A DNA stretch of 64,000 nucleotides, from the NCBI GenBank assembly GCA_044229975.1, contig JBGARZ010000010.1, positions 96,001 to 160,000 of the forward strand, written 5' to 3'. Position numbers and translations under genes: made by a program. The stretch comes from Polyangiales bacterium. GTDB taxonomy: Bacteria > Myxococcota_A > Polyangia > Polyangiales > Ga0077539. Shown piece by piece: positions 1 to 8,665 of this stretch. Each line of letters begins with the position of its first letter. Within the stretch, counting starts at the first letter, position 1. The notes beneath the pieces were generated by a model that made no database searches, had not been told where the DNA came from, and saw only the letters and a list, made by a program, of their open reading frames with translations.

Positions 1-1
1 G

Positions 2-541
2 TGGCGAAGCTGGCCGATTCCTCCGCATCTGCACGCGGTCGATGGAGCCCGCCTCGTGTCCGTCCTCGGACACCGACTGCTGGCGATCAACGCGGAGGCG
101 CGTCGCGAGCACTACTTCATCCACCGCATGGGATGGATCGACCTCGACGCGGGGTCGACGGAGGTGATGCCCTCGGTGCTCGACAACGGCGTCGTGAGGG
201 AGCGCGCCGGCTGGCTCCTCGGCAACTCGGAAGGGTCGCTGGTCATGATCCGGGTGGGCGAGCGGCGGGTGCGGCGGGTGCCGTCGGTGGAGCCGACGTT
301 GACGGGCCATTGGTTTCCGTACGGGCGCGTGGGCGGGGACTCGATCGTGCCGTTTCCCGAGCACGGTGGGTACGTCCGCGCGCCGGGGTGGCTGGTCGAC
401 ACGTCATCCGGCGGGTGCGCGCTCACCGCCGTGAGCGACCTTCGCGACAACTGGTACCAGGGGCCGTTTACCGTGACCTGTATGCGCGTGACGGCGACCG
501 ACGGCGGCGCACTTCCCGCCCAAGCCCCTCGATCGCGCTGA
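2..541 (+). CDS. hypothetical protein, probably truncated by the window start
   Basis: Frame is open from position 2 to the TGA ending at 541, with GC3-biased codons; no motif recognised. Confidence 0.6.
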   Translation, partial: WRSWPIPPHLHAVDGARLVSVLGHRLLAINAEARREHYFIHRMGWIDLDAGSTEVMPSVLDNGVVRERAGWLLGNSEGSLVMIRVGERRVRRVPSVEPTLTGHWFPYGRVGGDSIVPFPEHGGYVRAPGWLVDTSSGGCALTAVSDLRDNWYQGPFTVTCMRVTATDGGALPAQAPRSR

Positions 542-628
542 CCCGCAGTGGCGTCCGCGCCCCGTGCGTGGCGCCGACGCGTCGCCGCGGCGAACCCGCA
601 GGTGCGGTGATCGTCGACGCCCGCCGCG

Positions 629-644
629 TGGCACCCGCGGTGCT
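629..644 (+). promoter_or_regulatory. putative sigma-54 (-24/-12) promoter
   Basis: TGGCACCCGCGGTGCT has exact GG-N10-GC spacing and lies just upstream of RBS AGGAGG (664-669) and ATG 675. Confidence 0.55.
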
Positions 645-674
645 GAAGGTGTCCGGAGTCCACAGGAGGATTCC

Positions 675-3600
675 ATGCACCACGAACAAACTTCGTCGGG
701 GGGCCGCGTCGACGCACGCGCCCCGCTCCACCAGACCCGCGCGTCGCGCCTCGCGGTCTTCGCGTTGTTCGCCGCGGGCCTCGTCGTCGCGCCCGGCACC
801 GCGCGGGCGGTGACCGAGACGTACACCTTCCACGACACCCTCACGCCAGTAGAGGGCGCGGGCAACGTGATGGTGCCCGTCTACAACAGCCCCGGGAGCA
901 TCCTCACCAGCGGCGGATCGGGCTTCGTCAACGGCAGCTTCGTCACCCAGACCATCAGCCCCACGGCCTGCGCGGCGATGCCCACCGTGCGCTCGTGGTC
1001 GTTTCCGGCGCGTGGTGGTTTGCGCTACCTCAACGCCACTCCAGCGGTGGTCACCGGCTCGTACACGGTGTCGATCCTGGTGCGCTTCAACCCGCTGTCG
1101 GGCGCGTGGGCGCGGCTCATCGACTTCTCCAACTCCACGCTCGACACCGGCATCTACGAGCACAACGGCGGCGTCGGCTTCTACCCCGTCGGTGACTACG
1201 CCGCGGGCAGCTTCGTCACCAACCGCGACACCTTCGTCACCATCACCCGCAACGGAACCTCGCGCCTCGTCAGCCTCTACATCAACGGCAACGCCGCGGG
1301 CACGTACACCGACACGGGCAACCTCTACGCCCCCTCGGCGTCGGTGCTCTACCTCTTCATGGACAACACCACCGGCTCGGCGAACATCACCGAGGCCAAC
1401 GCCGGCGTCGTCTCGTACATCCAGATCTCCGACGCACCCTTCACCGCCGCCGAGGTCACCGCCAGCCTCGCCAGCATCTGCGGCTCCATCGCGTGCGGCG
1501 ACGGAACCCTCCAGACCGGCGAGGGCTGTGACCCCGGCGCGGGCGGCGGCTCCACGACCTGCACCGCGGGCTGCCGCATCCCCACCGGCCGCGCCTGCAA
1601 CGCCACGTCGCCCGGCCTCACCGGCGGCGCGTCGTGCGTCACGGGCCTCTGCGACACCACCAACTACGCCGCCCCCGGTCGCTGCGCTCAATGTGTCACC
1701 AGCGCGCAGTGCTCCGGCGCGACGCCGAGCTGCAACACCACCACCAACCTCTGCGTCGCCTGCAACGCCCCCGGCGCCAGCGCCTGCGGCGGCGGAACCG
1801 TCTGCATCACCAGCGGCGCCATGGCCGGTCAGTGCGGCCCGTGCACCGCTGACGCGCAGTGCTCTGGCGCGACGCCCGCGTGCGACCCGATCACGAGCCG
1901 ATGCGCGGCTTGCACCATCGCCAACCCGGGCGCGTGCTCGGGCGCGACGCCGGTCTGTGCGCCCGCCACCAACACCTGCGTGGCGTGCTCGGCGGTGGGC
2001 GCCATCCCCTGCGCGACGGGGACGACCTGCTCCACGACGGGATCGACCGCGGGGCGCTGCGTGCAGTGCTCCAGCAACAGCGGATGCAGCGGATCGACCC
2101 CCGCGTGTGACACCAGCACCGGCGCGTGTCGCGGGTGCTCGGTGGCGTCGCAGTCCTCCGTGTGCGGCGGCTCGACCAGCGCCTGCAACCCCACCACCGG
2201 CGCGTGCGTGGCTCCGTCCGTGACGATCACCGCGCCCGCGGATGGCGCGTACTTCCCGTCGGGCGCGCCGTCGTTCTCGGGCACCGCGACGCCCGGTCAG
2301 ACCGTCACCATCACCATCGACGGCGTGGTCGTCGGAACCGTCGTCGCAGGCACCTCCGGCGCCTGGACCTTCGCGTGGCCCGCCGGGCGCGCGGCGCTCA
2401 CCAACGGCGCGCACACCGCGAACATCTCCATCACCACGGGGTCGTCGCCGACCAGCGTCACGCGCACCATCAACGTCGGCTGCGGCGCCTCGTCGGACTG
2501 CTCCGGCGCCACGCCCGTCTGCGACACCACGGCGCGCGTCTGCGTGCAGTGCCTCAACGCCTCGCAGTGCACTTCGACCCGCCCGGTGTGCGCGAGCAAC
2601 GCCTGCCGCGCGTGCGCCGTGGCGACCCAGGGCGCCGACTGCCCCGCGAGCGCGACCAGCGCATGCAACGGCGCGACGGGCGCCTGCGTGGCCCCGACGG
2701 TGACCCTCACCGCGCCCGCCAACGGGTCGGCCTCGGGGAGCGGCTCACCGACGCTCTCGGGCGCCGCCACGCCCGGTCAGACCGTCACCGTCACCGTCGA
2801 CGGCGCCGTCCTCGGAACCGTCATCGCGGGCACCTCGGGTGCCTGGATGCTCGCCTGGCCCGCGGGTCGGAGTGCGCTCGCCAACGGGTCGCACACCGCC
2901 ACCGCCGCCGTGACCGCGGGCTCCACCGTGAGCGCGATGAGCACCTTCACCGTCGGGTGCGTCACCAACGCGAGCTGCTCGGGGTCGACGCCCATCTGCG
3001 CGACCGCCACCAGCACCTGCCGCGCCTGCGCGATGGCGGGCATGACCTCGACGGACTGCGCGGGCAGCGCGATGACGCCGTTCTGCTCGGGCGCTGGGGC
3101 GACGAGCGGGCAGTGCGTCGCCGCGCCGCCGCGCGTGGTCGACCCCGCCAACAGCAGCCGCACGGCGCTCACCCGACCGACCGTTCGCGGCACCGCTCCC
3201 GCCAACGGAACCGTCCAGGTGTTCATCGACGGAACCTCCGTCGGCACCGCGGTTGCGGATGCTTCGGGCAACTTCAGCTTCGTTCCCGCGACGGCGCTCT
3301 CGGTCGCGATGCACACCGTCGCCGCGGCCAACGTCGTCGCGAGCGTGGTCGGGCCGACCGGCACCGCCAACACGTTCACCGTCACGGGGTGCACCGCGGC
3401 CGCCGACTGCTCCGGGTCGTCGCCCATCTGCGACGCCACCTCGCGCGCGTGCCGGGCGTGCAACCCGTCGATGGCCAGCGACTGCGCCGTCGCTACGCCG
3501 CTGTGCAGCACCTCCGGGGCGAGCGCAGGGATGTGCGTCGCGTCGGTTCCGACCATCACGGCGCCGACCGAGGGCGCGCGGCTCGCGTCGCGTCGACCCG

Positions 3601-4571
3601 AGGTGCGCGGCACCGCCGTCCCGTCGGGGAGCGTGTCGGTGCTCATCGATGGTGCCGCCGCGGGGCGCGCCACCGTGAGCGCGGCGGGGACCTTCACGTT
3701 CACGCCGACGGCCGACCTCGCGCTCGGCGCTCACACCGTCGCCGCCGCCCTCGTCGCCGCGGGCGGTGACGGCGGAACCACCGGCGCGCCGGGCCCGTCG
3801 GTGCGCTTCACCCTCGTCGGCTGCGCCACGGCCGCCGACTGCTCCGGCGGAACGCCCATCTGCGACGCGTCGGGCGTCTGCCGCGCGTGTGACCCGATGC
3901 GCGAGGAGACCGACTGCCCCGACGACGAGGCCAACACCTGCGCGGTCCGTGGTCCCGATCAGGGGCGATGCGTCGAGCAGGCGCCCGTGGTGATCGAGCC
4001 CGCCGAGGGTTCGCGCACGCTCTCCCGCCGACCCGTTCTCAGCGGCCTGGCGGCGCCGACGGAGGAGGTCGCCGTTCGCATCGACGGCATGGAGGTCGGT
4101 CGCGGTCGCGCGAACTTCATGGCGATGTGGACCGTCTCCCTGAGCGGCGACCTGTCCATCGGCGAGCACACCGTCACCGCGCAGTACGTCTACCTCGACG
4201 GCTCGCTCGGAACGGTCGGCCAGCCGAACCGCTTCACCGTCCTCGAATGCGGGAGCGACGTCGATTGCATCCCCGGCCGCTGCGACGTCGCCGCGGGTCG
4301 CTGCATGAGCATCGCCGTCGACGGAGGAACGCCCACCGACGCAGGAGGCACCGTCGTCGACGCGGCCGTGAGCTCGGACGCGCCCGTCGGGTCCGACGCG
4401 GGTGTCACCACGCCCGACGTCGAGACGCCCGATGCCGGGAGCACGCCGACGATGACCACGCCCGCGAGCGGCTGCGGCTGCCGCGTGGGCGACCCGTCGT
4501 CGACCGGCGGTCGCCCGTGGCTGGCGCTCGCCGCGCTGGCGCTCGTGATCCGCCGCCGTCGCCAGCGCTGA
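675..4571 (+). CDS. large surface protein: signal peptide, LamG/ConA-like domain, Cys-rich repeats, five Ig-like domains, MYXO-CTERM anchor
   Basis: AGGAGG RBS; signal peptide ending ARA; CGDG..GEGCD repeat; many CSGxTPxC repeats; five Ig-like modules; C-terminus GCGCRVG, hydrophobic stretch, RRRRQR. Confidence 0.85.
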   Translation: MHHEQTSSGGRVDARAPLHQTRASRLAVFALFAAGLVVAPGTARAVTETYTFHDTLTPVEGAGNVMVPVYNSPGSILTSGGSGFVNGSFVTQTISPTACAAMPTVRSWSFPARGGLRYLNATPAVVTGSYTVSILVRFNPLSGAWARLIDFSNSTLDTGIYEHNGGVGFYPVGDYAAGSFVTNRDTFVTITRNGTSRLVSLYINGNAAGTYTDTGNLYAPSASVLYLFMDNTTGSANITEANAGVVSYIQISDAPFTAAEVTASLASICGSIACGDGTLQTGEGCDPGAGGGSTTCTAGCRIPTGRACNATSPGLTGGASCVTGLCDTTNYAAPGRCAQCVTSAQCSGATPSCNTTTNLCVACNAPGASACGGGTVCITSGAMAGQCGPCTADAQCSGATPACDPITSRCAACTIANPGACSGATPVCAPATNTCVACSAVGAIPCATGTTCSTTGSTAGRCVQCSSNSGCSGSTPACDTSTGACRGCSVASQSSVCGGSTSACNPTTGACVAPSVTITAPADGAYFPSGAPSFSGTATPGQTVTITIDGVVVGTVVAGTSGAWTFAWPAGRAALTNGAHTANISITTGSSPTSVTRTINVGCGASSDCSGATPVCDTTARVCVQCLNASQCTSTRPVCASNACRACAVATQGADCPASATSACNGATGACVAPTVTLTAPANGSASGSGSPTLSGAATPGQTVTVTVDGAVLGTVIAGTSGAWMLAWPAGRSALANGSHTATAAVTAGSTVSAMSTFTVGCVTNASCSGSTPICATATSTCRACAMAGMTSTDCAGSAMTPFCSGAGATSGQCVAAPPRVVDPANSSRTALTRPTVRGTAPANGTVQVFIDGTSVGTAVADASGNFSFVPATALSVAMHTVAAANVVASVVGPTGTANTFTVTGCTAAADCSGSSPICDATSRACRACNPSMASDCAVATPLCSTSGASAGMCVASVPTITAPTEGARLASRRPEVRGTAVPSGSVSVLIDGAAAGRATVSAAGTFTFTPTADLALGAHTVAAALVAAGGDGGTTGAPGPSVRFTLVGCATAADCSGGTPICDASGVCRACDPMREETDCPDDEANTCAVRGPDQGRCVEQAPVVIEPAEGSRTLSRRPVLSGLAAPTEEVAVRIDGMEVGRGRANFMAMWTVSLSGDLSIGEHTVTAQYVYLDGSLGTVGQPNRFTVLECGSDVDCIPGRCDVAAGRCMSIAVDGGTPTDAGGTVVDAAVSSDAPVGSDAGVTTPDVETPDAGSTPTMTTPASGCGCRVGDPSSTGGRPWLALAALALVIRRRRQR

Positions 4572-4580
4572 GTCGCAGCA

Positions 4581-4603
4581 GCCCGTCGCGTCCTGCGACG
4601 GGC
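4581..4603. terminator. hairpin between convergent genes, possible bidirectional terminator
   Basis: GCCCGTCGC-gtcct-GCGACGGGC, a perfect 9-bp stem without a strong U tract. Confidence 0.45.
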
Positions 4604-4616
4604 GTTGACCCGCGAA

Positions 4617-5774
4617 TCAGAACACCCCGCCCACCGAGAACATCGCCCCGCCCGACAAGGGCACCACGCTCCCGCCGAGCCGCAGGGCAGCCCGTGGCGT
4701 GGTCACCCGAACCTCCTGCGTCGTCCGCGCAAACAACGTGATGTCGAGGACCATCGCCGCGAGGTAGCCGAGGCCCGCGCCGACGATGATGCCGGTCGAA
4801 TCGCGTTGTCTCGCCCCGAGACCGATCAGCGCGCCGATCCCAGGGATCCCGAGGCGGATGCCGAGGGAGCCGAAGCCCACGCCGATTCGCCCGTGCGCCC
4901 AGTGCACGATCGCCGGGCCGAGGTAGCTGATTCCGCCGGCCACGTACGCGAACTCAGTAGCTCCGGTAAACGCCAGCAGGCTGATCGCCGACGCTCCGCC
5001 CTCCACGATGAGTATCTGCCAGCCGTACCACTGCCTCTCACGCACCATCGGTTGAAACAGTGGCTCACAGACGCAGGCACCCATGGCGGTCCCCCTGAGG
5101 TTGCAGGTCTGCGCGCCGCTCACGCCGTTGGCGCACGCGCACGCCGACTGCGCGCCTGGGACGCACGCCGCCGGGGGCGCGGTCGCGATCACCACTGGCG
5201 GGGGTGCTTCGGGCGCAGCCTCCAGCGTGACTTCGAGCGGCACGCGCTGACGGGCGGCCACGCGCACCATGCGGCTCTGCGCGACGTGACCGGGCGCCTC
5301 GACGTGCACCACGCGCTCGCCCGGATCGACCAGCAGCACGCGCCCATTGGGGCTGAAGAGCGGCGGTCGGCCGTCGACGGTGATGGTCGCGCCCGCCGGT
5401 CGCACCTCGAGCGGGATCAACCCGCAGCCCTCGCGGAGCGTCACCAGCGTGGCGCGGATGGCGGCGGAGCGCGCGGGCTCGACCTCGGTCCCGGCGTCGC
5501 TGAGGTACTGCTGAAAGGTCGCGATCGCTTCGAGGTTGTGCCCGAGCGCGCGGTACGCGAGCGCGAGGTTGTAGAGCACCGTCGGCACCGCGCGGATGCG
5601 ATACGACTCTTGAAACGCGACGATGGCGTCGGCGTAGTGCGTCGCCTGCATCGCCTCGATGCCCTGGCGAAACGACGCCTCGGCCCGCGCGGCGTCCCCG
5701 GTCTGCGCCCGCGCGTTGGCCGACGTGAGCGTGAGCGCGAGGAGCAGCGCGAGGCCCGCGCGCGACGCTCTCAT
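4617..5774 (-). CDS. secreted TPR + PEGA domain protein with hydrophobic C-terminal region
   Basis: Signal peptide; TPR helices (VLYNLALAYRALG); PEGA-like segment (VRPAGATITVDG...VEAPGH); ATGA overlap with the kinase stop. Confidence 0.8.
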   Translation of the reverse strand: MRASRAGLALLLALTLTSANARAQTGDAARAEASFRQGIEAMQATHYADAIVAFQESYRIRAVPTVLYNLALAYRALGHNLEAIATFQQYLSDAGTEVEPARSAAIRATLVTLREGCGLIPLEVRPAGATITVDGRPPLFSPNGRVLLVDPGERVVHVEAPGHVAQSRMVRVAARQRVPLEVTLEAAPEAPPPVVIATAPPAACVPGAQSACACANGVSGAQTCNLRGTAMGACVCEPLFQPMVRERQWYGWQILIVEGGASAISLLAFTGATEFAYVAGGISYLGPAIVHWAHGRIGVGFGSLGIRLGIPGIGALIGLGARQRDSTGIIVGAGLGYLAAMVLDITLFARTTQEVRVTTPRAALRLGGSVVPLSGGAMFSVGGVF

Positions 5775-7243
5775 GGCCGATGGCCAGGGTAGGAGGTGTC
5801 GACCGCGAGCGGATCAACCGCCGCCGGGGGAGCCGCCGCCGCGACGGGATGCACCACGGGACGCACCACCGGTCGCGCCGCACGCACCGCGGGTCGCGCG
5901 GGTGGAGCCACGACGGGTGGAGCCACGACGGGTGGTGAGCCCGCATCGACGATCGCGACGACCGCGGGGGGCGGTGGTGGCGGTGGCGCGACGGGGAGCG
6001 GGGCGGCGGGTGCGATGGCCGTCACGACGGGTGGTCCGGGCACGAGCGGCGGGGCGGTGCGTCGGCCGAACATCACCCCCATGGTCGCGGCGCCACCGAC
6101 GAGCGCGACGACGAGCGTGGCGACGACCGCGCGTCGGTTGGTGAGGCGCGGCATCCAGCTCTGCACCGACGCGGCCTGCCACTGGGTGGGCGTGAGCGTC
6201 GGGGCGCTGTGGGCGTCTTCTTCCGTCGGGGCGAGCGGCGCCGCGGGCTCCCGGCTCGGCGTCGAGGCGGGCGGCGGTTCGCTGGAGTCGCGCAGCACCA
6301 CGCCGCTCAGAAACGCGTCTCGCTGGGCCGGGTCGACCAGCGGCGCGCCGTCGTCGAGGGGGCACTCCAGCACGGCCGACAGAAACTCCGACATGCTGGC
6401 GTAGCGTTGCGCGAGATCGGGTTCGAGGGCGCGGTGGATGACCGCAGCGAGCTGCCTGGGAACCCCGGGAGCGACCTCTTCGATGCGCGGCGCCGGCGTG
6501 GTCAGGATCGCCACGATGAGGAGGTTGTAGTTGGGCGCATCGAAGGGCAGGCGCCCGGCGACGAGCTCGTAGAGCAGCACGCCCATGGACCAGACGTCAC
6601 TGCGACCGTCGACGTCGGAGCGGCCGCGGGCCTGCTCGGGGGACATGTACTGAGGCGTTCCGATGGCGACGCCGGTCTGCGTGCGCGAGCGGTCGGCGGA
6701 GGGGCCGTCGAGCACCTTGGAGATGCCGAAGTCGATGAGCTTCGGTGCGGTGACGCCGCGTGGCCCGGTGGTGAGGAAGATGTTCTCGGGCTTGATGTCG
6801 CGGTGGACGATGCCCAGCCGGTGCGCGGCGACGAGCGCGGACATCACCGGCGCGAGCAGCGCGAGGGACTCCCGCATGGTGAGCGCGGGCACCTGCTGCA
6901 TCCGCCGCGCGAGGTCCAGGCCCTCCAGAAACTCCTGGACGATGAACAGCCCGCCCTGCGCCGGGTCTTCGCCCATGTCGAGGACGTCGACGATGTTGGG
7001 GTGCGAGATGGCCGTCGCGGCCTTCGCCTCGCGCAAGAAGCGCCGCACGATCTCGGGCTTCCGTGCGAACTGCGCGTGCAGCATCTTCACGGCGACGCGC
7101 CGCCCCGTCCACGAGTTGCGGGCCTCGTACACGGCGCCCATCCCGCCCGACCCCAGCAGGCGCACGACCTGATACTTCCCTCCGATGACGGCATCGGGCG
7201 GGAGAGTCCCTTCCAGGTCCAGATCGTTTCCCTCCGCGCTCAT
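5771..7243 (-). CDS. Hanks-type Ser/Thr protein kinase with TM segment and Pro-rich tail
   Basis: [33 protein letters not shown] motifs; [23 protein letters not shown]. Confidence 0.95.
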   Translation of the reverse strand: MSAEGNDLDLEGTLPPDAVIGGKYQVVRLLGSGGMGAVYEARNSWTGRRVAVKMLHAQFARKPEIVRRFLREAKAATAISHPNIVDVLDMGEDPAQGGLFIVQEFLEGLDLARRMQQVPALTMRESLALLAPVMSALVAAHRLGIVHRDIKPENIFLTTGPRGVTAPKLIDFGISKVLDGPSADRSRTQTGVAIGTPQYMSPEQARGRSDVDGRSDVWSMGVLLYELVAGRLPFDAPNYNLLIVAILTTPAPRIEEVAPGVPRQLAAVIHRALEPDLAQRYASMSEFLSAVLECPLDDGAPLVDPAQRDAFLSGVVLRDSSEPPPASTPSREPAAPLAPTEEDAHSAPTLTPTQWQAASVQSWMPRLTNRRAVVATLVVALVGGAATMGVMFGRRTAPPLVPGPPVVTAIAPAAPLPVAPPPPPPPAVVAIVDAGSPPVVAPPVVAPPARPAVRAARPVVRPVVHPVAAAAPPAAVDPLAVDTSYPGHRP

Positions 7244-7324
7244 CGGGATTTTCAGCGCCCCGGGAGTACCGCACTCCGCCGCCGGACAGCAATGCCCCGC
7301 GACCCGAAGCGAAAGCCCGCGGGA

Positions 7325-8665
7325 CTACCGCTGCGGCAGCGTGAGCAGGTCGCAGCGCACGTGCACCGCGTCGATGCCGCCGCCGAGCTCGTCGACGTTG
7401 GCCATCACCGCCACGATGCCGTCCTCCGCGGGCAGCAGCACCGGCGGCGCGATCACCCGCGCCCGCAGTGGGAACACGTCCCTCCGCGGAAACGGCTGCC
7501 CCGTCCCGTCGAAGTAGACGAGGTACGCGTGCAGCCCTCCCGCCACCGCGTCGCCGTGCGTCGCGAGGTCGTACAAGACCCCTTCGCCGCCCGTCACCAT
7601 CGCGTGCCCCAGGGAGAGACCGTCCAGGTCGCGCGTGGTCCACAGCCGCGGCGTCTCCACCTGCAAGCGTCCGCGCGCGATGGGCAGCGTCGACACCGCC
7701 AGGCCGCGACCCTCCGCCCACTGCGAGAGCAGCAGCGACGTCCCGCGCATCGCCGCCGCCGTCGCGTACGGACCGAGGCCCAACCGCGCCGGATCACCCG
7801 ACGGTTCGAGCGTGTCGGTGAGCCGCACCAGCACCTGCTCGCGCGCCTGCTCTCCCGTGAGCGTCGTGCCGCGCACCGGACGCTCCAGCAGCGCCGCCGG
7901 ATCAGCCTCCAGCGGCAACGGCAGCAGCCGCATCGATCCGCCCACGCGCTGCTGCCACAGCACCGGATCACCCACGCGCTCGCCCGCTCCGTCGAAGGAG
8001 AGGGCGGTCACCTCACCGTCCTCTGTCCCCGCAAGCGCGACGGCGCCCGCGTGACCGTTGACCGAGCGCGCGGTCGCCGTGAGCCACACGTACCCGTGGT
8101 GCCCTGCGGCCGAAGCGGGCGGCGATTGTGCGACGCGACGCATCGGCGCGACGGGCCCCTCCGGGGTCACCATCGTCGCGTAGAGGTCGCCCGCGATGTG
8201 CGCGATGACCAGCACGCCGCCGTCCACCGTGACGCCCACCGGAACCCCCGGCGGAAAGGTCTCCCCCTCCCGCCGCGACGGAACCGGGTCCTCCACGAAG
8301 ACGGGCTCACCCACCACGTTGAGCTCCCGATTCACGCGCGCAAACACCGTCCCCGGAACGTGGTCCGTCTGGGTGGCGGTCCCACGCAATTCGAGCTCGG
8401 TGATGTTGCGTCGGAGAGCGCGTCGCTCGCCGACCCGCAGCGTGCGCTCGGGGTCGCGCACCGCCACCACGAAGGCCGCGCCGCCGGGGGCGGGTCGGGC
8501 GAAGGGAGCCGCCACGATGCGGTCGCTCCCGTTGGCGAGGAGGTACGGCGCGCTGATGAGCCGACGCGCCTCGGTGGTGACGCACACACGCTCGCGGGAC
8601 TGGGCGCCTGCGGTCACGGAGAGGAGCCCGAGGGCGATGGAGAGGAGGCTACGTCGGAGAGTCAT
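7325..8665 (-). CDS. hypothetical secreted protein
   Basis: Signal peptide [21 protein letters not shown]; start overlaps the upstream stop (ATGA). Confidence 0.7.
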   Translation of the reverse strand: MTLRRSLLSIALGLLSVTAGAQSRERVCVTTEARRLISAPYLLANGSDRIVAAPFARPAPGGAAFVVAVRDPERTLRVGERRALRRNITELELRGTATQTDHVPGTVFARVNRELNVVGEPVFVEDPVPSRREGETFPPGVPVGVTVDGGVLVIAHIAGDLYATMVTPEGPVAPMRRVAQSPPASAAGHHGYVWLTATARSVNGHAGAVALAGTEDGEVTALSFDGAGERVGDPVLWQQRVGGSMRLLPLPLEADPAALLERPVRGTTLTGEQAREQVLVRLTDTLEPSGDPARLGLGPYATAAAMRGTSLLLSQWAEGRGLAVSTLPIARGRLQVETPRLWTTRDLDGLSLGHAMVTGGEGVLYDLATHGDAVAGGLHAYLVYFDGTGQPFPRRDVFPLRARVIAPPVLLPAEDGIVAVMANVDELGGGIDAVHVRCDLLTLPQR

